Shown: piece by piece, positions 39,166-50,599 of the stretch | How positions within the stretch are numbered: the stretch's first letter is position 1 | How the letters are laid out: each line of letters starts with the position of its first letter | From: Tubulanus polymorphus | Taxonomy: Eukaryota > Animalia > Nemertea | Assembly (NCBI RefSeq): GCF_964204645.1 | Contig: NC_134030.1 | Location: 2,398,778 to 2,462,777 of the forward strand | Direction: 5' to 3' | DNA: 64,000 nt | Notes under the pieces: generated by a model | What the model was told of the DNA's origin: nothing | Seen by the model: the letters and a program-made list of their open reading frames with translations, nothing else | Database searches by the model: none | Made by a program: the position numbers and the translations under genes

Positions 39166-40579
39166 TATGTAAGTAGTTAAATCGCTGTGCTTTCAGTTTG
39201 ATAAAACTAACAGATTTATTTCTCGCACGATTTCAGTTTAAGACTAATATTCTACTATTATTTGACTTTATCCATCATGCTAGAAAATGCTTACTAGAAA
39301 TACCCAGAAAATTGTATAGGGCGGTAAAGTGTATTTGAATTATCAGATAGGAAACCGAAGTTCATTGTTAACTTTTTAACACCGATTGGATGACGCTGAT
39401 TCTTTTTAGTATAATCATTCCATCAAAATGATTACTTCAAGCTGAGATAAAAATCCTCTGCTTGTTTTTAATATTTTATCAACTACGGCGTTATCGAACC
39501 ATCCTTGTCATCAAAATACGATTATAACGCGAGTTATCATCAACAGTGCGGCGAAGCTTATTGAAGAAATTCGATAGATTAGATTTTTTTTTTGAATTCA
39601 AAGAATTTTCCCTTCGGAGCTCGAGATGATGCAGCTTCTCATCGACGCGTTATCTTTAAGTATATGAGCGAGGATTACAGAGTTGCGACGTGCTTGTAAT
39701 TTGTTGTTTGTTAATAATACGTTACGTTGGATACGAGGGTCTCCTGTGAGATCGAAGTTACGTCTTTAAAAACCTACGATAAGCCGTTGATGAAAGGATA
39801 GCTACGCAAAAAAAAAACGTCGCGATAACAATTCCAAGGTGGTTATTTTGCGAGGTAGATTCGTCAGTCACGCAACCAGATCAGTTTTCTACGTCATGCG
39901 TCAGTTTAGTATGTTAAGAAAAAAAAATATCAGTGACAAATCGCACATAATGACGACGTATGATGAACGTGCAGTAATTTCAATTTGGCAACTTCCGCTA
40001 TAACGGTCACTCATCACTTATGAACCGATAATGAGATTGATCCTATTTACGTGATTCAATCGATCAAGAAAATGAACAGATAAGGTGAACTGACATACAA
40101 ATTATACTAGTAATACATCTTGCATTGTCATCATTATCATTCAACCATTTATATACTCTTCAGGGTTGGATCCAAGGAGTTTTAGGGGTCTCGACTCGAA
40201 TATTTTCTCGTAGCATTATCAATCATATTAATGATAGTTGTTTCGGCGGCGTCTGCCAGAAATTACTGTAGGTAATTCACGAATTTTAATTAATGCATTT
40301 TCAATGAAATACAGATGAAATCACACGTATCTGAGAAAACCCTGCGCTTGACCCCCCTCTGCTCAAATGTTTGGTTCCGTCCCTAACACTTCCTAAACTG
40401 TATTAATTCTTAACGGTAAATGATAACCATTGACTGTCTGTGATAGGACAATTTATACTTGACCTTTAATATCTACCTTTCGACTCGTATTTCGAACTGT
40501 TTTCCATTGTTAATGCTGTGGATGTACTTGTATTTTTCATACAGGTCTTTTTTGAAAGTAGCGAATTTTTGAATCTAGA

Positions 40580-41293
40580 ATGCGGGGATACGTGATTGCC
40601 GGTGCTGTATGTTTCGTCGCAGCTCCTTTTGTTCTACCAGCGATTGGTTTTACAGCTGCTGGAATCACTGCTGGATCCATTGCGTCGTCGATGATGTCAA
40701 CAGCTGCAGTGGCTAACGGTGGTGCAGTAGCTGCGGGAAGTACGGTAGCCGTTCTTCAGTCGGCTGGTGCAGCAGGTACGTGATGCGCTTAATCAAGACT
40801 GTACCTAGCATTTGAATTTTGTGGAGGGGGCAGTGAATGGGGCAGTCTATTGGATATATGTAGCAATAATATTTGCAAAAATGGCACCTAACCAGAATTT
40901 CTGGGGGCAATTCCTCCCCACGTCCCCCACTATGTACGGCCCTGTTAATGATAATATAATCTTCAAAAGATATCATATAAAGTATATCCCATGGAAATCA
41001 TAGCAAGTTATTGGGATTGTGCATCTGCAGTAGTAAAATCTATTGCTGATTTGAGTCATGACTTAAGATCTCGATCGCAGAAACAATTCTAAACAATTAC
41101 GTTGTCATAGGATATGAGAATATTTCTAAATGTTGAACCTTCTATTGCAATTTAGTCATCGATCTCTTATGTTGCTTATAATGTTTTTCGTTTGTTTTCA
41201 GGTCTTGGTTTAGGGACTAAATTGACGGCTGGTGCTGTCGGCGTAGGTGCTGTTAAAGCTGTTAAGGTTGCACGGAAGGCACTGAGACGATAG
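40580..41293 (+). CDS. IFI27: ISG12/IFI27-like (IFI6/IFI27 family) protein, divergent paralogue A; exons 40580-40775 + 41202-41293; 95 aa ending [30 protein letters not shown]
   Basis: Exon 1 has the ISG12 signature [48 protein letters not shown]. Donor GCAG|GTACGT is at 40776, acceptor TTTTCAG ends at 41201, the phase-1 splice keeps the frame, and TAG is at 41291-41293. Family recognised from the motif; orthology to a specific vertebrate gene is not implied. Confidence 0.9.
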
Positions 41294-42313
41294 TGTTTGA
41301 CACTCGTGAATTCATTGACGACGAACTTCTGATAACAAATCGTTTCTGCAATGTATTTCTTTCCATAAACATGTACACATATTCTGCGTATATTGTAACC
41401 TAATTGGCCTCTACCAAATTGGATTAAAAATGTGATTTAAATATCATCATAGAGTTGTTATAAACGTTTCGAGTTAAACCTCTCTAAAGAACTGTCTGGA
41501 ATTAGCACAGACACCAAGTTCTTAATGAATTTATATACTTTTAAATCTTGGTCGGTTGGATGAGGGTCGTAGAACCGGGCATAGGAAACAACTACTCCCA
41601 GGACTGAGTGACCGCTAAACCCGTTCAAATGCACACAATTTGGGCTGCAGTATACATTTCAAAAACTCGTCGGAGAGTAGGCCGAGATCTGAATTCTTCT
41701 ATTCGATCAAAGTTTTCTGTTAATAGATATATGAGATTGCCGATTTTCACCCTTCCCTCCCTTCCCTCTCTCCCCTCCCTTACCCTCCCTTCCCCCTCCT
41801 CTCTCTCCCTCCCCTATGTACGCTTTTAGTACATGTCTAAGGACATGTCCCACGAGTACGTACTTAACGTGACAACCCCCGCCCCCCCCCCCCATCCCGA
41901 ATACAATGAAGGATATCATTAGGGTTCGATTAAAACAATGAGACAATGTTATTGAGCTATAAAAGTCATCAGCTAAAGGTTCCAATCCTTGACCTTGTCC
42001 AAATTTGGATAAAAAGAAGGCATTAATATTAAACGAATTATTTGCTCGCGGATAACGCACGTTACGCACACAAACTACGGCAGACAGAAATATTTGTTTA
42101 AATAACATTGCGCTCCCTTAGTAAAAGTACGCTTTAAGTTTATCCCTCCCCTCGTCTGCATTCTTCCTTTTTGTACGGATTCTGAAACCTCATCCCTTCC
42201 TAGAGGCGAACGTGTGGCTTCCTAGACGCCAAATGCCTAGTTACAGCGCAGTACGGTGACAGTACTACGTATGCCTACTGCGCAGCAGTATCAACATGCT
42301 TCAGTTGGATCGC

Positions 42314-42323
42314 GGGATTTCCC
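42314..42323 (+). promoter_or_regulatory. Consensus NF-kB site GGGATTTCCC upstream of B1 (distal module copy)
   Basis: Exact match to GGGRNWYYCC; the proximal module has the variant GAGATTTCCC near 42645. Confidence 0.5.
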
Positions 42324-42649
42324 CAATTCCTCGTATTGAAACTTTCCACACTACCCCATATCATTAAATCCACTGCTTCTTCCCGAGAACTACAGCAGAC
42401 AGAAATATTTGTTAAAATCACATTGTGCCCTCTTTGTAAAGTATGTACGCTTTAAGTTTACCCCTCCCCTCCCCTGCACCCTTTTGCACAGAAACCTCCT
42501 CCCTTCTTAGATGCGAACGTATTTCCTAGAGCCTTGTGACGCTGGCGTATTTATGGCACAGTACTGCATTGAGCGTGACAGTACTGTGTACCTACGCGTG
42601 TATTGTGCAGCAGTATGTTACATATTAGCATCTACTACGATCGCGAGAT

Positions 42650-42765
42650 TTCCCCAATTCTTCGTATCGAAACCTCGCCTTTCCCGATTCCTCGTATCGA
42701 AACCTCGCCTTTCCCGATTACTCGTATCGAAACCTCGCCTTTCCCGATTACTCGTATCGAAACTT
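42650..42765 (+). repeat. 30-bp VNTR (CCCGATTCCTCGTATCGAAACCTCGCCTTT) directly after the kB site; 2-4 copies per module
   Basis: Also at ~46229-46323, 46630-46713, 49861-49941, 53484-53564, 56954-57034, 60421-60501 and 63835-63989. Confidence 0.9.
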
Positions 42766-42819
42766 GCCACGTACCCCATATGATTAAATCAACGGCTTCT
42801 TCCCGAGACGCAATACGTT

Positions 42820-42865
42820 TTAAGACTCATTTCTGTGATTAAACAGCACGAAGTTTAAAATTAAG
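42820..42865 (+). other. Candidate non-coding first exon of B1 (donor AAG|GTAAGA at 42866). Equivalent donors at 46816, 50044, 53667, 57137, 60604
   Basis: Strong donor 555 bp upstream (423 bp in B2) of the TTTCAG acceptor that sits 1 nt before the ATG. An in-frame TAA with no ATG makes it non-coding. Inr-like TCATTT nearby. The 5' boundary is a guess. Confidence 0.55.
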
Positions 42866-43421
42866 GTAAGATAAAAGTTCGGACATTTTCGAAATATACA
42901 CATTGGACAACGGCTCAATCTGTTTGATATTTAAGCGGAGAGCTTTTTAGCCACTTCTTGTCCGTTCACTCAGTTTGACTGTCAGTACCGGTTCGGTGTG
43001 GTCAGACGGTATTAGTTTTAAACACACTATGGACTGTTTTTATATTTGGTTTAGTGTTCATGTTGTAATTTATAACATATTCTATGATTGTGGTGAATTT
43101 CACTGCTAAAATAATAATTCTCTGAATTTGTTTACCATCGTTGAATATGGAAATATGGGTTGGACTGTCAAGCAATTCACATAAGCATCAATGGCTTATG
43201 TGAACCCCTACTGATTGTTACCTGAGATGTCTCGAGGTGTTACTATAACTACATGGTCTCCCGTGCAACGTTTTGATGCCCAATTTTGTTAATAATCAAT
43301 TGTGCTAACTTCGTATATCGTTGATAATGAAAAGAAAAACAAGTTTTTCTGAACAATTTGATAAACGCAGGTCAACTGAACGAAATAACTGATCAAAAAA
43401 TCGCATTCAATTAATTTCAGA

Positions 43422-44127
43422 ATGGAATATATCCTTGGCGGTGTCGTAGCTGTGGTCGCAGCTCCTTTTGTTCTACCAGCGATTGGTTTTACAGCTGCTG
43501 GAATCACTGCTGGGTCCGCCGCTGCATCGATGATGTCAGCAGCTGCAGTGGCTAACGGTGGTGCAGTAGCTGCGGGAAGTACGGTAGCCGTTCTTCAGTC
43601 GGCTGGTGCAGCAGGTACGTATGATTCTAAAAATAATGCATATTAACCGTTACAATACCATTTCAGACTGATTTAATGCTGTTTTAGAAAATCGCGGAAA
43701 TAAAAACTAGTCTGAAACGGTTTCTTATAGTTTCAACTTTTCGATTACTGTTTATAGTCAATCTTAGATATATTCCTGAAGATGACCTTAATAAGCAGGG
43801 TCCGATCTAAGGAATGAAATCCACTTGCCCGGGTGGCAAGCATATCTGAAATTTCGCTTGTTCACAGACAGTCCGATTGGTGGCACTAGGATATAGTCAA
43901 AACTTTGAAAAACGTATACAAAACATTACCTCAGCAATAAAACCTCCGAAGTTCGAAATCGTCGTTTCTTTTGAGTGTGGAATTTATTACGTGAAGACAT
44001 TTTGATTTTAATTTGATATGCATGTTTTTCAGGTCTTGGTTTAGCGGCTAATGCGGTGGCTGGTGTTACCGGTGCATCGGCTGTTAAAGCTGCAGAGCTT
44101 GCTCTGGATATCGTGAATGGTGATTAG
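43422..44127 (+). CDS. IFI27: ISG12/IFI27-like protein copy B1; exons 43422-43614 + 44033-44127; 95 aa ending [31 protein letters not shown]
   Basis: ISG12 motif; GT at 43615, AG at 44031-44032, TAG at 44125-44127; ATG preceded by acceptor-like TTTCAG|A. Confidence 0.9.
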
Positions 44128-44171
44128 TTTAAATGTCTAACACCTGTTATCTTTAACTAGTTTCCTTGTCG

Positions 44172-44440
44172 CAGGGGCGGATTTGATGGTGCTCTCGGGG
44201 ATCCAGACCTCTTTCTTCCCGTTGAGGTTGTTCTTTGTGTCAAGACAAAAAATCTTTCTGCAAATTTGACACTCATTCTCTCAAAAAACTACAATCTTTC
44301 GGACGTATTTCTTCACAAATAAAACCAAGGGCGGAACCACGTGGAACCCCAGTAGAGGCTTTTAACTTCACTGCTTTAAACCAGAAATATGAATTTTCAT
44401 CCGACCCTGTCTTCAAATTATTTTTTAAGATCCGCCCCTG
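44172..44440. mobile_element. 269-bp MITE-like element with CAGGGGCGGAT terminal inverted repeats, 45 bp after the B1 stop. Copies at 47941-48209, 51349-51617, 54973-55241, 58444-58712, 61911-62179
   Basis: GCAGGGGCGGAT...ATCCGCCCCTGC is a perfect 12-bp inverted repeat. CAGGG-type ends resemble hAT non-autonomous elements. No clear 8-bp target site duplication (TSD). Confidence 0.65.
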
Positions 44441-45718
44441 CGTCCATTGAATCATCGGATTAAATCAGCGATGATGAAATAAAATGTAATTAAAAAATCA
44501 CTTTGTACAAATTTAAACTCTAAAAAAATCGAATTCTATTAAATCAAAAGATCATTAAATCGAAAAAAAACACGATTATTAATCCGACCCTCACTATTTA
44601 AAGATCCTTGTCCGTGTATTTCTTATTCATTATAACGTGTAATTTAATTCAATAAATTGAAGCGAACAAAGTGAAATAAAGGTTTTCGATTTAGTTGTAT
44701 CTCAAACCTGTATTCTAAAAACACATCACGTAATTTCTACGAAATATGTCTTAAAGACGTGTCCTGGCCGTGTATCGGCGATCCCCCTTTGAACATACCC
44801 CATATCTGTTCACATCAAACACGACTAAACGAGGAAGTCAATTATGTTTCTCATTTACTGAATGTAATTATAACTACGTATGAAGGATCACGTGATGGAG
44901 AACGGCGAACGCTTGAAACTCGTTTTGTCTTAGTTTACTGAACGGAAAGTCGTCATCATCATCAAATTCACGGACGGAAGGAGGCCTGGTGGTGGCCTAT
45001 TGGTGTCCGGCTCGTTTGTTGATTAGTATTGGTTTAGGTGACAGGGTTTCCATAAAAAGCTCTCTCACTTAATGATATTTCATTACAAATAATTGGTATA
45101 TTTATTCATTACTAAAACAATAAATTGTTTATAGAGTTGATTAGTTGAATTTTATAAAAGTCTGATCAGTCATAATTAACAGTTTTGGCGTAGTTAATTT
45201 GATAAGTCATACACGCTTGATTTCTAGCCATTTTGTAGATTATCTACCAGGAGAAGGTTTTATTCGGTCCATAAATACGAGTGTTATTCGTGTTGTTCGT
45301 GTTGTTCTGAAATGGTAAAGGAAGTGCTTGTGGCCCAAGGTGAACGTATCGGCAACCTCTATGGAGGTACCAGGATGAATCCCGCCGACATTGTACCACG
45401 TTGTATTAAGTCGAATTGAAAATCGCCTGCGGAGTATGCGGGAGTACTTGGCGTTAACGTCCGGCTTTTAGGGGTAACTTGCGTAGGAAATTGTTTGATA
45501 AAAAGTATCCGTAACTTATAGAAGTTTAAAAGTTGCGCTATTGCTATCGCTGTTACTAATAGCCACCGGAATGGTGACGGTTATTTCTTTTTTTTGTCGT
45601 GTAAATCGAATCGTGTACGATGACGGCAAACTGTAAGAAATTCAACACTGACTTTAAAAAATTCAACGCAAACTTTTGAAAAATTCATCTTGGTTATAGA
45701 ATTAAAAACTAACTGTAC

Positions 45719-46070
45719 GATTGTGAGTTGGTTGTAAGATTGTGAGTTGATTGTAAGATTGTGAGTTGGTTGTAAGATTGTGAGTTGGTTGTAAGATTGT
45801 GAGTTGGTTGTAAGATTGCGAGTTGATTGTAAGATTGTGAGTTGGTTGTAAGATTGTGAGTTGGTTGTAAGATTGTGAGTTGATTGTAAGATTGTGAGTT
45901 GGTTGTAAGATTGTGAGTTGGTTGTAAGATTGTGAGTTGGTTGTAAGATTGTGAGTTGGTTGTAAGATTGTGAGTTGATTGTAAGATTGTGAGTTGATTA
46001 TAAGATTGTGAGTTGATTATAAGATTGTGAGTTGGTTGTAAGATTGTGAGTTGGTTGTAAGATTGCGAGT
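45719..46070 (+). repeat. 19-bp minisatellite GATTGTGAGTTGGTTGTAA, 18 units
   Basis: 342 bp from the first unit to the terminal GATTGCGAGT partial unit = 18 x 19. Confidence 0.97.
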
Positions 46071-46220
46071 ACGTTGTTAAAAATGCGATGTAGAGTTTTT
46101 GCTAGGATGGCGTTCCATAAACCCCCTCCCTTCCTAGAGCCTTTAGAACGCCTAGTTATAGCGCAGTACTGTATTGAACGTAATAGTACTATGTGTACTG
46201 TCCAGTTATAGTTCGATCGC

Positions 46221-46230
46221 GGGATTTTCC
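46221..46230 (+). promoter_or_regulatory. Consensus NF-kB site GGGATTTTCC upstream of B2. Identical sites at 49853, 53476, 56946, 60413, 63827
   Basis: Exact match to GGGRNWYYCC in every unit; 191 bp upstream of the candidate exon-1 donor in B3-B6. Confidence 0.55.
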
Positions 46231-47239
46231 CGATTCCTCGTATCGAAACCTCGCCTTTCCCGATTCCTAGTATACATTCCATATTCGGCGCAAAGTTCAA
46301 GTTCAAGTTCCTCCTATCGAAACTTGCCACGTACCCCATATGATTAAATCAACGGCTTCTTCCCGAGAACTACAGCAGACAGAAAAATTTGTTAAAATCA
46401 CATTGTGCCCTCTTTGTAAAGTATGTACGCTTTAAGTTTACCCCTCCCCTCCCCTGCACCCTTTTGCACAGAAACCTCCTCCCTTCTTAGATGCGAACGT
46501 ATTTCCTAGAGCCTTGTGACGCCTGCGTATTTATGGCACAGTACTGCATTGAGCGTGACAGTACTGTGTACCTACGCGTGTATTGTGCAGCAGTATGTTA
46601 CATATTAGCATCTACTACGATCGCGAGATTTCCCCAATTCTTCGTATCGAAACCTCGCCTTTCCCGATTACTCGTATCGAAACCTCGCCTTTCCCGATTC
46701 CTCGTATCGAAACTTGCCACGTACCCCATATGATTAAATCAACGGCTTCTTCCCGAGACGCGATACGTTTTAAGACTCATTTCTGTGATTAAACAGCACG
46801 AAGTTTAAGATTAAGGTAAGATAATAGTTTGGACATTTTCGAAATATACACATTGGACAACGGCTCAATCTGTTTGATATTTAAGCGGAAAGCTTTTTAG
46901 CCACTTCTTGTCCGTTCACTCAGTTTGACTGTCAGTACCGGTTCGGTGTGGTCAGACGGTATTAGTTTTAAACACACTATGGACTGTTTTTATATTTGGT
47001 TTAGTGTTCATGTTGTAATTTATAACTACTGATTGTTACCTGAGATGCCTCGAGGTGTTACTATAACTACATGGTCTCCCGTGCAACGTTTTGATGCCCA
47101 ATTTTGTTAATAATCAATTGTGCTAACTTCGTATATCGTTGATAATGAAAAGAAAAACAAGTTTTTCTGAACAATTTGATAAACGCAGGTCAACTGAACG
47201 AAATAACAGATCAAAAAATCGCATTCAATTAATTTCAGA

Positions 47240-47896
47240 ATGGAATATTTCCTTGGCGGTGTCGTAGCTGTGGTCGCAGCTCCTTTTGTTCTACCAGCGA
47301 TTGGTTTTACAGCTGCTGGAATCACTGCTGGGTCCGCCGCTGCATCGATGATGTCAGCAGCTGCAGTGGCTAACGGTGGTGCAGTAGCTGCGGGAAGTAC
47401 GGTAGCCGTTCTTCAGTCGGCTGGTGCAGCAGGTACGTATGATTCTGAAAATAATGCATATTAACCGTTACAATACCATTTCAGACTGATTTAATGCTGA
47501 TTTAGAAAATCGCGGAAATAAAAACTAGTCTGAAACGGTTTCTTATAGTTTCAACTTTAATAAGCAGGGTCCGATCTAAGGAATGAAATCCACTTGCCCG
47601 GGTGGCAATCATATCTGAAATTTCGCTTGTTCACAGACAGTCCGATTGGTGGCACTAGGATATAGTCAAAACTTTGAAAAACGTATACAAAACATTACCT
47701 CAGCAATAAAACCTCCGAAGTTCGAAATCGTCGTTTCTTTTGAGTGTGGAATTTATTACGTGAAGACATTTTGATTTTAATTTGATATGCATGTTTTTCA
47801 GGTCTTGGTTTAGCGGCTAATGCGGTGGCTGGTGTTACCGGTGCATCGGCTGTTAAAGCTGCAGAGCTTGCTCTGGATATCGTGAATGGTGATTAG
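47240..47896 (+). CDS. IFI27: ISG12/IFI27-like protein copy B2 (Phe at residue 4); exons 47240-47432 + 47802-47896
   Basis: Same exons as B1; coding intron is 49 bp shorter (369 bp) but splice sites are intact. Confidence 0.9.
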
Positions 47897-49483
47897 TTTA
47901 AATGTCTAACACCTGTTATCTTTAACTAGTTTCCTTGTCGCAGGGGCGGATTTGATGGTGCTCTCGGGGATCCAGACCTCTTTCTTCCCGTTGAGGTTGT
48001 TCTTTGTGTCAAGACAAAAAATCTTTCTGCAAATTTGACACTCATTCTCTCAAAAAACTACAATCTTTCGGACGTATTTCTTCACAAATAAAACCAAGGG
48101 CGGAACCACGTGGAACCCCAGTAGAGGCTTTTAACTTCACTGCTTTAAACCAGAAATATGAATTTTCATCCGACCCTGTCTTCAAATTATTTTTTAAGAT
48201 CCGCCCCTGCGTCCATTGAATCATCGGATTAAATCAGCGATGATGAAATAAAATGTAATTAAAAAATCACTTTGTACAAATTTAAACTCTAAAAAAATCG
48301 AATTCTATTAAATCAAAAGATCATTAAATCGAAAAAAAACACGATTATTAATCCGACCCTCACTATTTAAAGATCCTTGTCCGTGTATTTCTTATTCATT
48401 ATAACGTGTAATTTAATTCAATAAATTGAAGCAAACAAAGTGAAATAAAGGTTTTCGATTTAGTTGTATCTCAAACCTGTATTCTAAAAACACATCACGT
48501 AATTTCTACGAAATATGTTTTAAAAACGTGTCCTGGCCGTGTATCAGCGATCCCCCTTTGAACATACCCCATATCTGTTCACATCAAACACGACTAAACG
48601 AGGAAGTCAATTATGTTTCTCATTTACTGAATGTAATTATAACTACGTATGAAGGATCACGTGATGGAGAACGGCGAACGCTTGAAACTCGTTTTGTCTT
48701 AGTTTACTGAACGGAAAGTCGTCATCATCATCAAATTCACGGACGGAAGGAGGCCTGGTGGTGGCCTATTGGTGTCCGGCTCGTTTGTTGATTAGTATTG
48801 GTTTAGGTGACAGGGTTTCCATAAAAAGCTCTCTCACTTTATGATATTTCATTACAAATAATTGGTATATTTATTCATTACTAAAACAATAAATTGTTTA
48901 TAGAGTTGATTAGTTGAATTTTATAAAAGTCTGATCAGTCATAATTAACAGTTTTGGCGTAGTTAATTTGATAAGTCATACACGCTTGATTTCTAGCCAT
49001 TTTGTAGATTATCTACCAGGAGAAGGTTTTATTCGGTCCATAAATACGAGTGTTATTCGTGTTGTTCGTGTTGTTCTGAAAAGGTAAAGGAAGTGCTTGT
49101 GGCCCAAGGTGAACGTATCGGCAACCTCTATGGAGGTACCAGGATGAATCCCGCCGACATTGTACCACGTTGTATTAAGTCGAATTGAAAATCGCCTGCG
49201 GAGTATGCGGGAGTACTTGGCGTTAACGTCCGGCTTTTAGGGGTAACTTGCGTAGGAAATTGTTTGATAAAAAGTATCCGTAACTTATAGAAGTTTAAAA
49301 GTTGCGCTATTGCTATCGCTATTACTAATAGCCACCGGAATGGTGACGGTTATTTCTTTTTTTTGTCGTGTAAATCGAATCGTGTACGATGACGGCAAAC
49401 TGTAAGAAATTCAACACTGACTTCAATTCAACGCAAACTTTTGAAAAATTCATCTTGGTTATAGAATTAAAAACTAACTGTAC

Positions 49484-49702
49484 GATTGTGAGTTGGTTGT
49501 AAGATTGTGAGTTGATTGTAAGATTGTGAGTTGGTTGTAAGATTGTGAGTTGATTGTAAGATTGTGAGTTGGTTGTAAGATTGTGAGTTGGTTGTAAGAT
49601 TGTGAGTTGGTTGTAAGATAGCGAGTTGGTTGTAAGATTGTGAGTTGGTTGTAAGATTGTGAGTTGGTTGTAAGATTGTGAGTTGGTTGTAAGATTGCGA
49701 GT
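49484..49702 (+). repeat. 19-bp minisatellite, 11 units
   Basis: 209 bp = 11 x 19. Confidence 0.97.
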
Positions 49703-50599
49703 ACGTTGTTAAAAATGCGATGTAGAGTTTTTGCTAGGATGGCGTTCCATAAACCCCCTCCCTTCCTAGAGCCTTTAGAACGCCTAGTTATAGCGCAGTA
49801 CTGTATTGAACGTAATAGTACTATGTGTACTGTCCAGTTATAGTTCGATCGCGGGATTTTCCCGATTCCTCGTATCGAAACCTCGCCTTTCCCGATTCCT
49901 CGTATCGAAACCTCGCCTTTCCCGATTCCTCGTATCGAAACTTGCCACGTACCCCATATGATTAAATCAACGGCTTCTTCCCGATACGCAATACGTTTTA
50001 AGACTCATTTCTGTGATTAAACAGCACGAAGTTTAAGATTAAGGTAAGATAAAAGTTTGGACATTTTCGAAATATACACATTGGACAACGGCTCAATCTG
50101 TTTGATATTTAAGCGGAGAGCTTTTTAGCCACTTCTTGTCCGTTCACTCAGTTTGACTGTCAGTACCGGTTCGGTGTGGTCAGACGGTATTAGTTTTAAA
50201 CACACTATGGACTGTTTTTATATTTGGTTTAGTGTTCATGTTGTAATTTATAACATATTCTATGATTGTGGTGAATTTCACTGCTAAAATAATAATTCTC
50301 TGAATTTGTTTACCATCGTTGAATATGGAAATATGGACTGGACTGTCAAGCAATTCACATAAGCATCAATGGTTTCCCTGAACCCCTACTGATTGTTACC
50401 TGAGATGTCTCGAGGTGTTACTATAACTACATGGTCTCCCGTGCAACGTTTTGATGCCCAATTTTGTTAATAATCAATTGTGCTAACTTCGTATATCGTT
50501 GATAATGAAAAGAAAAACAAGTTTTTCTGAACAATTTGATAAACGCAGGTCAACTGAACGAAATAACTGATCAAAAAATCGCATTCAATTAATTTCAGA

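Noticed and set aside
43289-43507. Minus-strand 72-aa [14 protein letters not shown] repeated in each unit
   Set aside because: Antisense shadow of the ISG12 exon; it recurs only because the unit is duplicated.
43615-43646. ORF-track C-termini [18 protein letters not shown] (and the terminal T in gene A) as real protein ends
   Set aside because: These are read-through into the intron. A conserved donor and a homologous second exon starting GLGL exist in all seven genes.
44235-44941. Repeated ORFs MCQDKK, MIQWTQ and MSWPCI as additional array genes
   Set aside because: Short, MCQDKK and MSWPCI start at non-ATG codons, none has a recognisable domain, and two lie within the MITE. Their conservation reflects recent duplication.
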